Shown here in pieces: positions 27,773-37,710 of a stretch of DNA of 47,450 nucleotides. The notes below the pieces were generated by a model, which saw only the letters and a program-made list of their open reading frames with translations, ran no database searches and had not been told where the DNA came from. The first letter of the stretch is position 1. Every line of letters begins with the position of its first letter. The position numbers were made by a program, and so were the translations under genes. Location of the stretch: contig JBJXGB010000133.1 of NCBI GenBank assembly GCA_046152935.1, forward strand, positions 1 through 47,450, read 5' to 3'. The stretch comes from Cytophagales bacterium (GTDB taxonomy: Bacteria; Bacteroidota; Bacteroidia; Cytophagales; UBA9547).

Positions 27773-29911
27773 ATGAAGTTGATATTTACAACATCTATTG
27801 TGGTTTTGCTCTCGCTACAAAGTTTTGCCCAAAATGCAAGCAATATCATTGGTGCAAACGATGATGGTTTGGCGATTTGGCTACTGATAATCGTATGCTT
27901 CTCGCCATTGGTTATTTTGATTGTGATTTTGTTTTTCAAATTACAAAACCAAGTATTTGTCGATAGACAATGGCGAAAAATCGACAATGAAAGCCGCTTC
28001 TCAATGCACATAAAATCTTTAAATCAAAGCCAAATTCTCCAATTTATTACCATGAAAAACAAATCAAATAGTGAAATTGGCAATAATGATACTGGAAATG
28101 CGAATGGCAAAAACATAGCTGTAGGATCTCTATTTTTGCTATCAAGTTCGCAACTATTTGCACAAAGCAGCAACGTAGAAGCTACCTCCTTATTGAGCCA
28201 ACCGGGCATCATTATTACATTATTTCTAATTGCAATCCCAATTCTACTTGGGGCAATTTTTGCGATGATGCAAGTAAATAATCTTATTAAAAAGTTCATC
28301 AACAAATCGAAAAGAAAAGAAGCTGAAAAATTTGCTGAATACCTACAGAACTTTGATAATCCAGCGTTAGAAACTGAATTGGAAAAACGCAAAAAAGTGT
28401 TGGATTATAATTTAACAAACCAAGAATTGTCGGGAAACGAAAAAGCGGAAGACACCAAAGGTACTATTATTAATGTAAGCGACAAAAGGCTAGTAAATTT
28501 CACTGAATTCAAGAAAAAAGCTGCAAAAAGACCGATTTTAGAGCCAGATATTACAAAATTAATTCTTTGGTATTGTGGTTGTGCTACGTTTTGGCTGGTG
28601 GTGGGTACAGGCATTGGCGAATATTTAGGTATCAAATTCGTAGCACCCGATGTAGATCATATCAGTTGGCTCAGTTTTGGGAGGCTGAGACCCACACATA
28701 CCAATATTGTGTTTTGGGGTTGGGCATCTATTGGCCTGATTGGCTTAGGGTATTATGTTGTTCCCACGGTGAGCAATACCAAAATTTACAGCATCAAATG
28801 GGGCTGGATAGCCTTAATTCTCACCAATTTGATGGTGATTTTAGGCACAATTTGCTTGATGAGTGGCTTCAACAATGGTGGTGGAGAATTTAGAGAATAC
28901 GTTTGGCCAGTAATGGCATTGTTTGCAGTCGCACTCATTCTCACCTTGGCCAACTTTTTACTAACGGTAGCCAAGCGAACTACGGAAGAAATTTACATCT
29001 CCAATTGGTATATCGTATCGTCTATTATATTCACCATTATAGTGGCCGTCACGGCATATCTTCCTTTTTGGCAAGATGGTGTGAGCGAAACCATTGTGCA
29101 AGGTTATTTTATGCACTCTGGCGTAGGAATGTGGTTTACGCTTTTCACTTTGGGGCTGCTATATTATTTTATCCCCCAACAAATAAATTTACCTATTTAC
29201 GCTTATAGTTTGGGAATATTGGCTTTTTGGACTCAGATCATATTCTACACCATCATTGGTACTCATCATTTTGTATTCGCCCCATTGCCTTGGTGGCTGC
29301 AAACGGTGGCCATTGTGGGTAGTGCCGGCATGATTATTCCAGTAGTGGCTGCTACAATCAATTTCAGCATGACATTCAAAGGGCAAATGCACAAAGTGTC
29401 GCACAGCTACACATTACCGTTCTTTTTGGTCGCTGTGGTTTATTATTTCATGGTTTCGTTGCAGGGTACTGCAGAGGCATTTAAGTTCACCAATTTACTT
29501 TGGCATTTTACAGATTTCACCGTAGCTCACGCACATTTGGGTTTTTACGGCATTATATCTTTTACTTTATGGGGTGGAATGTATGCCATTATTCCCAGAC
29601 TTACGGGCAAAGAACCCAGTCATTCCTTAGTTGGGGCACATTTTTGGCTAGCTTTTATAGGATTATTGTTCTACGCCATTCCTTTGTCTTACGGTGCTAC
29701 TTTACGAGGCCTAATGTGGATGGAAGGAAAACCATTCATCGAAAGTGTGGTGCTGATGTTTGAGTATTGGCTTTGGCGAGCCATTGGAGGTAGTTTGATG
29801 TTTGTGTCACATTTGGTATTTCTATACAACTTTTACAAAATGACTGCCAAAGAAGTAGAAGAGGTAGATATTAAGGAAGAAGCATTTAGACTATTAAAAA
29901 CCCAAGCGTAA
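27773..29911 (+). CDS. ccoN: cbb3-type (C-family) heme-copper oxidase subunit I with a long N-terminal extension
   Basis: RLRPTHTN (low-spin heme His), YFMHSGVG (CuB His), YTIIGTHH (Tyr plus two His), AHAH (heme ligands); many TM helices. Confidence 0.85.
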   Translation: MKLIFTTSIVVLLSLQSFAQNASNIIGANDDGLAIWLLIIVCFSPLVILIVILFFKLQNQVFVDRQWRKIDNESRFSMHIKSLNQSQILQFITMKNKSNSEIGNNDTGNANGKNIAVGSLFLLSSSQLFAQSSNVEATSLLSQPGIIITLFLIAIPILLGAIFAMMQVNNLIKKFINKSKRKEAEKFAEYLQNFDNPALETELEKRKKVLDYNLTNQELSGNEKAEDTKGTIINVSDKRLVNFTEFKKKAAKRPILEPDITKLILWYCGCATFWLVVGTGIGEYLGIKFVAPDVDHISWLSFGRLRPTHTNIVFWGWASIGLIGLGYYVVPTVSNTKIYSIKWGWIALILTNLMVILGTICLMSGFNNGGGEFREYVWPVMALFAVALILTLANFLLTVAKRTTEEIYISNWYIVSSIIFTIIVAVTAYLPFWQDGVSETIVQGYFMHSGVGMWFTLFTLGLLYYFIPQQINLPIYAYSLGILAFWTQIIFYTIIGTHHFVFAPLPWWLQTVAIVGSAGMIIPVVAATINFSMTFKGQMHKVSHSYTLPFFLVAVVYYFMVSLQGTAEAFKFTNLLWHFTDFTVAHAHLGFYGIISFTLWGGMYAIIPRLTGKEPSHSLVGAHFWLAFIGLLFYAIPLSYGATLRGLMWMEGKPFIESVVLMFEYWLWRAIGGSLMFVSHLVFLYNFYKMTAKEVEEVDIKEEAFRLLKTQA

Positions 29912-29921
29912 ATAAATAACC

Positions 29922-30935
29922 ATGAACGTATTCAACGACCATAGAAAGTTATACCCCATTGCTGGCGGGCTGTTTGCATTGCTTACTTATTTAGTAGTGA
30001 TAATGCCCGCATTTCAAAATCAGGCAAACAATGCTCCCCTACCTGGCACAGAGCCACTTTCGGGCGATGCCATGGCTGGAAAACTCATTTACATTGGAGA
30101 GGGTTGCGTGGGTTGTCATTCGCAGCAAGTACGAAATGTGGAAATGGATAAAATGTTTGGCAGCCGACCAGGTATGGCAGCGGATTATGCAAATATTGGC
30201 CGAACAAGTATTTGGCAAAATACTGCTACGCTGATGGGTACAGAGCGTACAGGGCCTGATCTTACAGATGTAGGAAACAGACAACCAAGCAAGGAATGGA
30301 ATTTGATGCACCTCTACAATCCACGAATCGTGGTGGCACAGTCTATCATGCCATCGTACGAATGGCTATTTGATTTGAAAGAAAATCCCGCTAAAACAGA
30401 TGTGGTGGTGAATGTGCCAGTGCAATTTATGAATGGTAAAAAAGAAAAAGTAGTGGCAACCAAAGAAGCCTTGCAATTGTATGCCTATTTACAATCGCTC
30501 AAGCAAATGCCATTGCCAGATGGCACAAAACCTTTTGAGTTTTTGTACAAACGACCAGTGGCAGAAGCAGCAGCCACTAAAAATGACAAACCCCAAGTAG
30601 ATGGCAAAGTATTGTATGCCTCCAATTGCCAAGCTTGTCATCAAGCGAATGGAGAAGGCTTAAAAGGGGCATTTCCTCCTTTGAAAGGCAGTAATGTGGT
30701 AAATGGTGAAAATATCGAATTGTATGTAGATATAATAATGAATGGCTACGATGCCAGACCTGAATACGGGGCTATGGCTGCCGTAGGTACCAATCTGAAA
30801 TGGGATGAAAATCAGGTAGCTGCCATCATCAATTATGAGCGTACGGCTTGGGGCAATACTGGAAAAGAAGTTTCAACAGCAGAAATAAAAAAAATAATGG
30901 AATTGGTGAAAACAAAAGCAACAGCCTCAAAATGA
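29922..30935 (+). CDS. ccoO: CcoO/FixO-like subunit II fused to an extra C-terminal cytochrome c
   Basis: GKLIYIGEGCVGCHSQQVR, GTERTGPDL and SIMPSY motifs; second heme motif CQACHQ with AFPPL and M(AA). Confidence 0.85.
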   Translation: MNVFNDHRKLYPIAGGLFALLTYLVVIMPAFQNQANNAPLPGTEPLSGDAMAGKLIYIGEGCVGCHSQQVRNVEMDKMFGSRPGMAADYANIGRTSIWQNTATLMGTERTGPDLTDVGNRQPSKEWNLMHLYNPRIVVAQSIMPSYEWLFDLKENPAKTDVVVNVPVQFMNGKKEKVVATKEALQLYAYLQSLKQMPLPDGTKPFEFLYKRPVAEAAATKNDKPQVDGKVLYASNCQACHQANGEGLKGAFPPLKGSNVVNGENIELYVDIIMNGYDARPEYGAMAAVGTNLKWDENQVAAIINYERTAWGNTGKEVSTAEIKKIMELVKTKATASK

Positions 30936-31198
30936 ACAATTTAAGAAACGGAATCGTATGCTTAGTGCTGCTATTAGGTATGGAATGGGCAACTTGGGCT
31001 TGCCCGGTATGCGAGCGAAATCAGCCTAAAGCTCTAAAAGGCATTGTGCATGGTGCTGGTCCAGAAAGCAATTGGGACTACGTAGGAGTCGTAATTACAG
31101 GCATTATTGCTTGTTTTACCTTATTTTATTCTGTGAAATGGTTGATAAAACCGGGCGAGAAAAACCAAAGCCATATCAAATATTCCATTTTAAATTGA
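30932..31198 (+). CDS. 88-aa exported/membrane protein with a CPVC motif
   Basis: ATG overlaps the ccoO stop (ATGA); signal peptide then ACPVCERN; HGAGP; one TM helix. Confidence 0.7.
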   Translation: MNNLRNGIVCLVLLLGMEWATWACPVCERNQPKALKGIVHGAGPESNWDYVGVVITGIIACFTLFYSVKWLIKPGEKNQSHIKYSILN

Positions 31199-31307
31199 TG
31201 TAAAATGAATCAATACGTAGGTGTTTCCACTTTGACAGTTCATTTTGTTGAATGTGTGGGAAGCGTATGGTAGGTTTCTTTAGGCTAAAACTATAATATT
31301 TTATAAG

Positions 31308-31718
31308 ATGAATAATAAATGCTCTGTACTTGTATTTTTAGATAACGAAACTAAACCTTATGGGGAATTTTTAGTGCCCATCAACTTCGAGCTCGACACC
31401 CGAAAGTTGGTAGATGGCAACCATGAATTAAAAATTGTAAGCAAAGATCCTACGGGCAAAGAAGGTGTCCGCAAAATCCCTTTTGTGGTGAGAAATGGGC
31501 CAGGTATTGCCATAGAGGGCATCACTGAAAACGAAATTGTAGATGGAATTATTCCTTTGATGATTAATGCCTACGGCAAAGGCGACCAAAAACGCTTTTT
31601 GATTGAGGGCAGCGAATCGCCTCATTCCATTCCAGCATGGTTATGGGCTCTCATTATTGCTTTTGTAGGTTGGGCGATGTATTATGCCGTCACAGCTTTA
31701 AATACTCGTCTTCAATAA
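31308..31718 (+). CDS. hypothetical beta-rich protein with a C-terminal TM anchor
   Basis: 136 aa; LDTRKLVDGNHELKIV pattern of Ig-like folds; AWLWALIIAFVGWAMYY TM segment. Confidence 0.7.
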   Translation: MNNKCSVLVFLDNETKPYGEFLVPINFELDTRKLVDGNHELKIVSKDPTGKEGVRKIPFVVRNGPGIAIEGITENEIVDGIIPLMINAYGKGDQKRFLIEGSESPHSIPAWLWALIIAFVGWAMYYAVTALNTRLQ

Positions 31719-31770
31719 ATAGTCGCAGCTTCAAAAACCATTTTTGCCAACCATTTCTGACCAAAATACC

Positions 31771-31796
31771 AAAAAGGCGACTAATGTCGCCTTTTT
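31771..31796. terminator. bidirectional intrinsic terminator
   Basis: AAAAAGGCGAC-TAAT-GTCGCCTTTTT perfect palindrome between convergent genes. Confidence 0.85.
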
Positions 31797-31803
31797 ATTT
31801 TTT

Positions 31804-32604
31804 CTACATTTTAGAAAGCTCTTTTGCCCTTGTTTCCGCAGCATAAATGCCGTCTTTTAGTATTTCGGTCAATCCTTTTTCTGAAAAAGAATTCAGAGCT
31901 GCCTCGGTCGTACCACCTTTCGATTTCACATTAGAAATCAATTCTTGTAAAGATTTATCTGAATTGTTCATCAAATGAAAAGAGCCATTCATTGTTTGCT
32001 TTACCAAAAGCGAAGCTACATTTTCTTCAAGTCCCATTTTTACACCTGCCTGTATCATAGCATCGACAATATAATAAAAATAAGCAGGGCCACTTCCACT
32101 CAATGCAGTGACAGCATCTAGCAATTGTTCATTTTCAAGGAAAACAGTTTTACCAGTAGCGTTCAGCAAATTATCTGCTTTCAAAATGGCTTGTATTTTG
32201 GTGTTTTTGCCAGCGGTAAAGCCAGTAATGCCCATTCCTAGTTGTGCTGGCGTGTTTGGCATGGCTCTTACAATAGAATCGTGCGCCAAATTTTCTTCCA
32301 AAACCGAGATAGGAATGCCCGCCATTATGCTCAATATCAGTTGGTGAGGCTCTAAAAAACGTTTCAATTCGGGGTAAACTGCCTTAGAATCTTGCGGTTT
32401 TACAGCGAGAATAACGGCATCGGATTTTTTGATACGTTCGTCAATCACATTTACCACATTACCAAACGAGACCAAACGATCTTTGTATTCTGCATTTTTT
32501 TCAATCAGTAAAAGATCGTCTTTTTGAACTAGATTGTATTGTAGGAAAGATTTGGCGTAGGTTAGCCCCATATTCCCACATCCAATTATTGCGATTTTGA
32601 GCAT
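31804..32604 (-). CDS. proC: pyrroline-5-carboxylate reductase
   Basis: IIGCGNMG, LAVKPQ, VRAMPNTP, TALSGSGPAY and SKGGTT motifs. Confidence 0.96.
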   Translation of the reverse strand: MLKIAIIGCGNMGLTYAKSFLQYNLVQKDDLLLIEKNAEYKDRLVSFGNVVNVIDERIKKSDAVILAVKPQDSKAVYPELKRFLEPHQLILSIMAGIPISVLEENLAHDSIVRAMPNTPAQLGMGITGFTAGKNTKIQAILKADNLLNATGKTVFLENEQLLDAVTALSGSGPAYFYYIVDAMIQAGVKMGLEENVASLLVKQTMNGSFHLMNNSDKSLQELISNVKSKGGTTEAALNSFSEKGLTEILKDGIYAAETRAKELSKM

Positions 32605-32706
32605 AGAATTAAGAATTAAGAAGTAAAACTAATAAATAAGGTGTATTTAAAGCAGAACTGAAATTAATAGTTAGATGGTAACTGCTTGATAGTTATATGA
32701 CGATAG

Positions 32707-33735
32707 TCAAAACAAAGTCCCGCTCCCCAAAGCACCTGGTGGCACTTTATGTAAGTGTTTATAAGCCTTTTCAGTTGCCTCTCTCCCCCGTGCTGTGCGT
32801 TTCAAATAGCCTTCTTGTATCAAAAATGGCTCATAAACTTCCTCTATCGTTTCAGCTTCTTCGCTTACAGCTGTCGAAATGGTGGTAAGCCCAACGGGGC
32901 CACCCTTGAATTTTTCTATAATGGCCAACAATATTCGATTATCCATTTCATCTAACCCGTCAGCGTCCACATCTAATGCTTTGAGAGCAATTTGGGCAAT
33001 ATCGATCGTAATCGTGCCATTGCCTTTTATTTGGGCAAAATCGCGAGTTCTTCGCAGCAAATTATTTGAAATACGGGGAGTACCACGGCTTCTACGTGCT
33101 ATTTCATGGGCAGCTTCATCGTTTATGGGCGTTTTCAGCAAATATGCCGATCGTTTTACGATCGTGGTAAGCAAATCTGATGTGTAATACTCTAACCTCG
33201 AATTGATGCCAAACCGAGCTCGCAAAGGCGAAGTAAGCAAACCTGCTCGTGTAGTGGCTCCTATCAATGTAAAAGGATTGAGTGAAATTTGTATAGTGCG
33301 GGCATTTGGACCTGAATCGAGCATAATATCTATGCGAAAATCTTCCATCGCAGAATACAAATATTCTTCTACCACGGGGTTCAGTCGGTGAATTTCATCA
33401 ATGAACAATACTGAATTGGGCTCAAGATTGGTAAGTAAACCAGCCAAATCACTTGGCTTTTCTAGTACTGGCCCAGAGGTAATTTTTATTTCTGCATTGA
33501 GTTCGTTGGCAATAATATTTGAAAGTGTAGTTTTGCCCAAGCCAGGTGGCCCATGCAAAAGCACATGATCCAGTGGCTCGTTTCGGCCTTTGGCAGCAGC
33601 TACAAATACTTTTAGGTTTTCTAAAATCTTGGCCTGCCCAGTGAAATCATCAAAACTCAACGGACGCAATGCCCTTTCGATGTCTTTTTCGATTGGGGCA
33701 ATTTCGGCATCGGGATTTATGTAATCTTTTCGCAT
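32707..33735 (-). CDS. ruvB: Holliday junction branch migration helicase RuvB
   Basis: [38 protein letters not shown] and YEPFLIQEG motifs. Confidence 0.98.
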   Translation of the reverse strand: MRKDYINPDAEIAPIEKDIERALRPLSFDDFTGQAKILENLKVFVAAAKGRNEPLDHVLLHGPPGLGKTTLSNIIANELNAEIKITSGPVLEKPSDLAGLLTNLEPNSVLFIDEIHRLNPVVEEYLYSAMEDFRIDIMLDSGPNARTIQISLNPFTLIGATTRAGLLTSPLRARFGINSRLEYYTSDLLTTIVKRSAYLLKTPINDEAAHEIARRSRGTPRISNNLLRRTRDFAQIKGNGTITIDIAQIALKALDVDADGLDEMDNRILLAIIEKFKGGPVGLTTISTAVSEEAETIEEVYEPFLIQEGYLKRTARGREATEKAYKHLHKVPPGALGSGTLF

Positions 33736-33789
33736 TGAATGAATGATGATTTTGGTTGGTTTTTTGGCCCGTGGGTTGGTACTTGCGTC

Positions 33790-34761
33790 TTACGGCAGTT
33801 CCAAACCAATTTTCTCAGAAATTAAATATTCTTGTCCTTTGCGGTTGGTGCTCACGTTGATAATCTCGCCAATATACCCAGCAAGAAAAAACTGCACGCC
33901 AATTACCAATGCAACCAAGGCCAAAAAAAATAGTGGCTGCGCTGTTACATCTCTCACTTTCAGGCCGTTATAAATATTGTATTGTTTTTCAAACAGCACC
34001 CAAAGTGTGGTGAAAATACCAATTAGAAAAGAAATGATGCCCATACTTCCAAAAAAGTGCATGGGTTTTCTTCTGAATTTGGAAACAAAAGAGATAGATA
34101 AGAGGTCCAAAAATCCATTCAAAAACCGATCCCAGCCAAATTTAGTAGTGCCATACTTTCTCGATTGGTGTTGCACTATTTTTTCGCCAATCTTGGTATA
34201 GCCGCTCCATTTTGCAATTACGGGAATATAGCGGTGCATTTCGCCATAAACTTCGATATTTTTTACCACTTTTAGTTTGTAGGCTTTCAAACCACAGTTA
34301 AAATCGTGGAGTTGAATGCCCGACATCCACCTGGTGGCGGCATTGAAAAGTTTGGTAGGAATTGTTTTGGTAATGGGGTCGTACCTTTTGGCTTTCCAGC
34401 CCGAAATTAGATCAAACCCATCTACTTTTATCAGCTTATACAAATCTGGAATTTCATCTGGGCTGTCTTGAAGGTCGGCATCCATCGTTATCACTACCTC
34501 GCCTTGCGCGTAGCGAAAGCCTTCGTTCAATGCGGCAGATTTACCATAGTTTCTGTTGAAAGAAATAGCTTTAATAGTATTGTATTTCATTGATAATGAG
34601 CGTATTACCTCCCATGAATTATCGGTACTTCCGTCATCTATCAATATTATTTCATAAGAAAAATTGTTTTTCCCCATCACGCTCACAACCCATTCGCACA
34701 ATTCGGGCAATGATTCTTCTTCATTTAAAAGTGGAATTACTAAAGATATTTGCAGCTTCAA
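33790..34761 (-). CDS. glycosyltransferase family 2 (DPM/ArnC-like)
   Basis: IPLLNEE, DDGSTD, NYGKSAAL, MDADLQD and DFNCGLKAY motifs; C-terminal TMs. Confidence 0.92.
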   Translation of the reverse strand: MKLQISLVIPLLNEEESLPELCEWVVSVMGKNNFSYEIILIDDGSTDNSWEVIRSLSMKYNTIKAISFNRNYGKSAALNEGFRYAQGEVVITMDADLQDSPDEIPDLYKLIKVDGFDLISGWKAKRYDPITKTIPTKLFNAATRWMSGIQLHDFNCGLKAYKLKVVKNIEVYGEMHRYIPVIAKWSGYTKIGEKIVQHQSRKYGTTKFGWDRFLNGFLDLLSISFVSKFRRKPMHFFGSMGIISFLIGIFTTLWVLFEKQYNIYNGLKVRDVTAQPLFFLALVALVIGVQFFLAGYIGEIINVSTNRKGQEYLISEKIGLELP

Positions 34762-34807
34762 CTTTGGTTTCTATTAATTGTAAAACATACTTTTAAATAT
34801 CGTTGTC

Positions 34808-35326
34808 TTATGCAACTTTTCTCCGTAAAATCAGTGCCGCCAAGATCGACAACATAATGCCTCGTATCATTTTCCAGATAAATTCATCTACTCCTAAAGT
34901 AAATGCACTTACTTGGTTCACATTCCTAAGATTACCTTCAAAAACTTCGATACTCGATTCTTTTACCAATAATTGCTTATTGGTGATTAGGTATTTTTTG
35001 AGTTCTAAAATATGCGTTGCAACCATTTCAGGATAAAAGTATTGCACAAATCCATAGACAACAACAGAACTAATTACAGTAAGAAATAAAGTAATTAGCA
35101 AGCCGCATAATAAGCCTTCGCCAAATGAAAACTCTTTTGATATTTGTCTATCTCGAAATTCCATCATCCCAAAATACACAACAGCTGCCTGCAAAAGAAT
35201 GACAAGGCTTTGTGGAACACTATAAAAAGGATTCACTCCCGAATAGTACACCGCCAAAAACCAAATAAAGCAAGCAAAACCTCCAGAAATGCCCCAAATG
35301 GACGCTTGTACAAGGTATCTATTCAT
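34808..35326 (-). CDS. DUF4199-like membrane protein (ATG 35326 preferred)
   Basis: Four hydrophobic segments; FSFGEGL; typical Bacteroidota position next to the GT2 gene. Confidence 0.7.
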   Translation of the reverse strand: MNRYLVQASIWGISGGFACFIWFLAVYYSGVNPFYSVPQSLVILLQAAVVYFGMMEFRDRQISKEFSFGEGLLCGLLITLFLTVISSVVVYGFVQYFYPEMVATHILELKKYLITNKQLLVKESSIEVFEGNLRNVNQVSAFTLGVDEFIWKMIRGIMLSILAALILRRKVA

Positions 35327-35354
35327 TTTTTGTGTCTGATAGAGATTAAATTCG

Positions 35355-37601
35355 TCAAAAATTGTGCCCAATGTTCAAATAAATTCTAATATCTTGTGCG
35401 AAACTACTTCCTCGCATGGCAGTAATATGCACCGGACCTAGAAATGTATTGAAACCAACGCTAATCGAGCCTCCAAAAATAAGGTAATCTTTTGTTTCTA
35501 CCTTATTTATGTAATCTTCCAATTTTGTTTGAAAGCTGCCGACATTGAATTGCCCAGTAAAAAATATATTTCTTTTTACCTCCCATTGCAAACCTTCGCT
35601 GATTATAATGGCATTTGGTCGAAAATATTCGTAGTCAAAAAATCCCACGAAAGCCATATTGTTGCGGTAAAGCGGGGTAATGCCGCCAATGCCAAAATCG
35701 TTAAATACTGTAATATTCGTAACACCAGCTGTAAGTCCAATTTGAGCACCAGATATCAAAGTTAGCTTTTTTGAGATTGGTGAATATGCTTTGGTATATA
35801 TTTTTAGTTGCTGAAATGGTTTGGTGAAAGTGTTGGCATCGACTACATCAAGCACCGTATACAGTGAATCGACTGCTTCTGTGCTGCGAAAAGATGCCAA
35901 ACTTACGCGACTCAGCTCGGTAGAAAACGAAATGCCATGCTTTGGGAAAATGCGATTGTCGAGACTGTTGTATTCAAATACTGCATACATATTTAAGTTG
36001 GTATAATTGGCTCTTTTGAACAAAAAATTGAGCCCCACTTCGGGATTAATAACATGATCTTCTCCTTTAATACCTATTCCTAACAAGGCATTTTTTCTCA
36101 ATATCTTGTTGAACCTACAATCGACCGCGAAATAATTTTGCTTGTAAATATTGGTGAGAGACCCATTTGACTGGTAAATTGGGAAATTTAATCTATTGAA
36201 ATAGACGCCCGTTTGAAAAAATAGCTTGTGCTTTTTGCCAATGTATTTGTAAAATTCCGATTTCCAACGCAAAGCCTCTCCAATATTGGCTGAAATAATA
36301 ATTTTAGAACCTTGGCCAATTTTATGTTTAACAGTAGCATTCAAAATCAAAGCCGCTCCTAAAAACGAGTGGTAATTGACCGCAAATTTTGCATACGAAC
36401 CAGGAATCTCATCTACATTCAACTTCAAAATATTTTCATCTTCAGTTGCGATGATTTCGTATCTGATGTGTTTAAAATACCTGGTTCCGTATAGATTTTT
36501 GATGGCTTCATTTATTTTTTCTATGGCTACAGTTTTCTTATTTACATTTCGTAAATGATACATTATCAGCTTGTTAGATACTATTTCATTGCCAATTATT
36601 TCTACTTTCTCAATATGAATGGTATCTACTGTTGGCAATTGGTGTGTCCAAACTTGGGCTGGATATAGTTTATCTAACGAATCTTTTATATTTTTAAGTA
36701 TAGGATAATACTCATCTCCTGTTTCTACCCCTTTTTTGATGATCGTGTCGCTTTTAGAAAAATCTGCTCCGTAAATACCGTTTAGATTTGGTTCGATCAA
36801 TAAGTTTGTCTTGTGCTTTTGCTTTTCAAAATTATCGAGATCTGCAAATGAATTTATTTGCATAAAGACATCAATAAGCGATTTAATCTCAGATTTTTGC
36901 CTCAATGGCTCGCCAATATCTACGCCAATCACAAAATCGGCACCCATTTTTTTTACGATATCCACTGGAAAATTATAAACCAAGCCACCATCCACCAACA
37001 ATCTATTTTCAATCTCTACAGGGGTAAAAATTGAAGATATAGCCATGCTGGCCCTAATTGAGGTGACAATATTACCAGAATCGAGTATCACAGGCATCCC
37101 AGTGGCAATATTAGTAGCCATACAAACAAAAGGAATGCAGTATTTCTTAAAATCTCGTTGTTTATAAACTGGTAAAAAAAGTCTTGTGAGTTCCAAAGTC
37201 AATTCTTGGCCTTCGATCAAACCAGTTGGTAATTGAAATTTTCCTTTTTTTACTTCAAATTCACTTATATATTTATTATATTCTGCTTTTTCTTCAATTG
37301 AGATGCTTTTGAGCGACAATTGGTTGCCTATGAGCTTGTTCCAATCTTCAGAAAGAGCTATTTTTTCGATACTATCGGCACTGTAGCCTGCCGCGTATAA
37401 ACCACCTACTACGGCACCTATGCTGGTGCCAGCTATGAAATCAACTTTTAAGCCTGCTCTGTCGATCGCTTTTAAAATGCCAATATGTGCCAAACCACGC
37501 ACGCCACCGCCACTAAGTGCGAGCCCAATTTTAGGTCGGGATTGGGCTTTTACATCTGTCAAATAAAGCAAAGCACAAATTAGGAATGCTATTTTATACA
37601 A
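35355..37601 (-). CDS. patatin-like phospholipase with POTRA and beta-barrel regions (PlpD/type Vd-like)
   Basis: Signal peptide; LSGGGVRGLAHIG, GTSIG and LVDGG motifs; C-terminus IYLNIGHNF. Confidence 0.9.
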   Translation of the reverse strand: MYKIAFLICALLYLTDVKAQSRPKIGLALSGGGVRGLAHIGILKAIDRAGLKVDFIAGTSIGAVVGGLYAAGYSADSIEKIALSEDWNKLIGNQLSLKSISIEEKAEYNKYISEFEVKKGKFQLPTGLIEGQELTLELTRLFLPVYKQRDFKKYCIPFVCMATNIATGMPVILDSGNIVTSIRASMAISSIFTPVEIENRLLVDGGLVYNFPVDIVKKMGADFVIGVDIGEPLRQKSEIKSLIDVFMQINSFADLDNFEKQKHKTNLLIEPNLNGIYGADFSKSDTIIKKGVETGDEYYPILKNIKDSLDKLYPAQVWTHQLPTVDTIHIEKVEIIGNEIVSNKLIMYHLRNVNKKTVAIEKINEAIKNLYGTRYFKHIRYEIIATEDENILKLNVDEIPGSYAKFAVNYHSFLGAALILNATVKHKIGQGSKIIISANIGEALRWKSEFYKYIGKKHKLFFQTGVYFNRLNFPIYQSNGSLTNIYKQNYFAVDCRFNKILRKNALLGIGIKGEDHVINPEVGLNFLFKRANYTNLNMYAVFEYNSLDNRIFPKHGISFSTELSRVSLASFRSTEAVDSLYTVLDVVDANTFTKPFQQLKIYTKAYSPISKKLTLISGAQIGLTAGVTNITVFNDFGIGGITPLYRNNMAFVGFFDYEYFRPNAIIISEGLQWEVKRNIFFTGQFNVGSFQTKLEDYINKVETKDYLIFGGSISVGFNTFLGPVHITAMRGSSFAQDIRIYLNIGHNF

Positions 37602-37710
37602 TTTTGATGCTTATTTAATTTCCAATAGAGTTGGAATATAGTTCAAATATTTGTTTTGAAAAAAATAGTTTTTCGATCAATTAAAAAAAATACAAAATAA
37701 AAGCTGTCAT

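Noticed and set aside
27773-29911. Nitric oxide reductase (cNOR/qNOR) interpretation
   Set aside because: The helix-VII Tyr is present and the Glu expected after the helix-VI His in NORs is absent; the RLRP.HTN motif and FixO-type partner fit cbb3
31205-31273. 22-aa ORF MNQYVGVSTLTVHFVECVGSVW inside the oxidase operon
   Set aside because: Too short, with no TM segment or motif to support it
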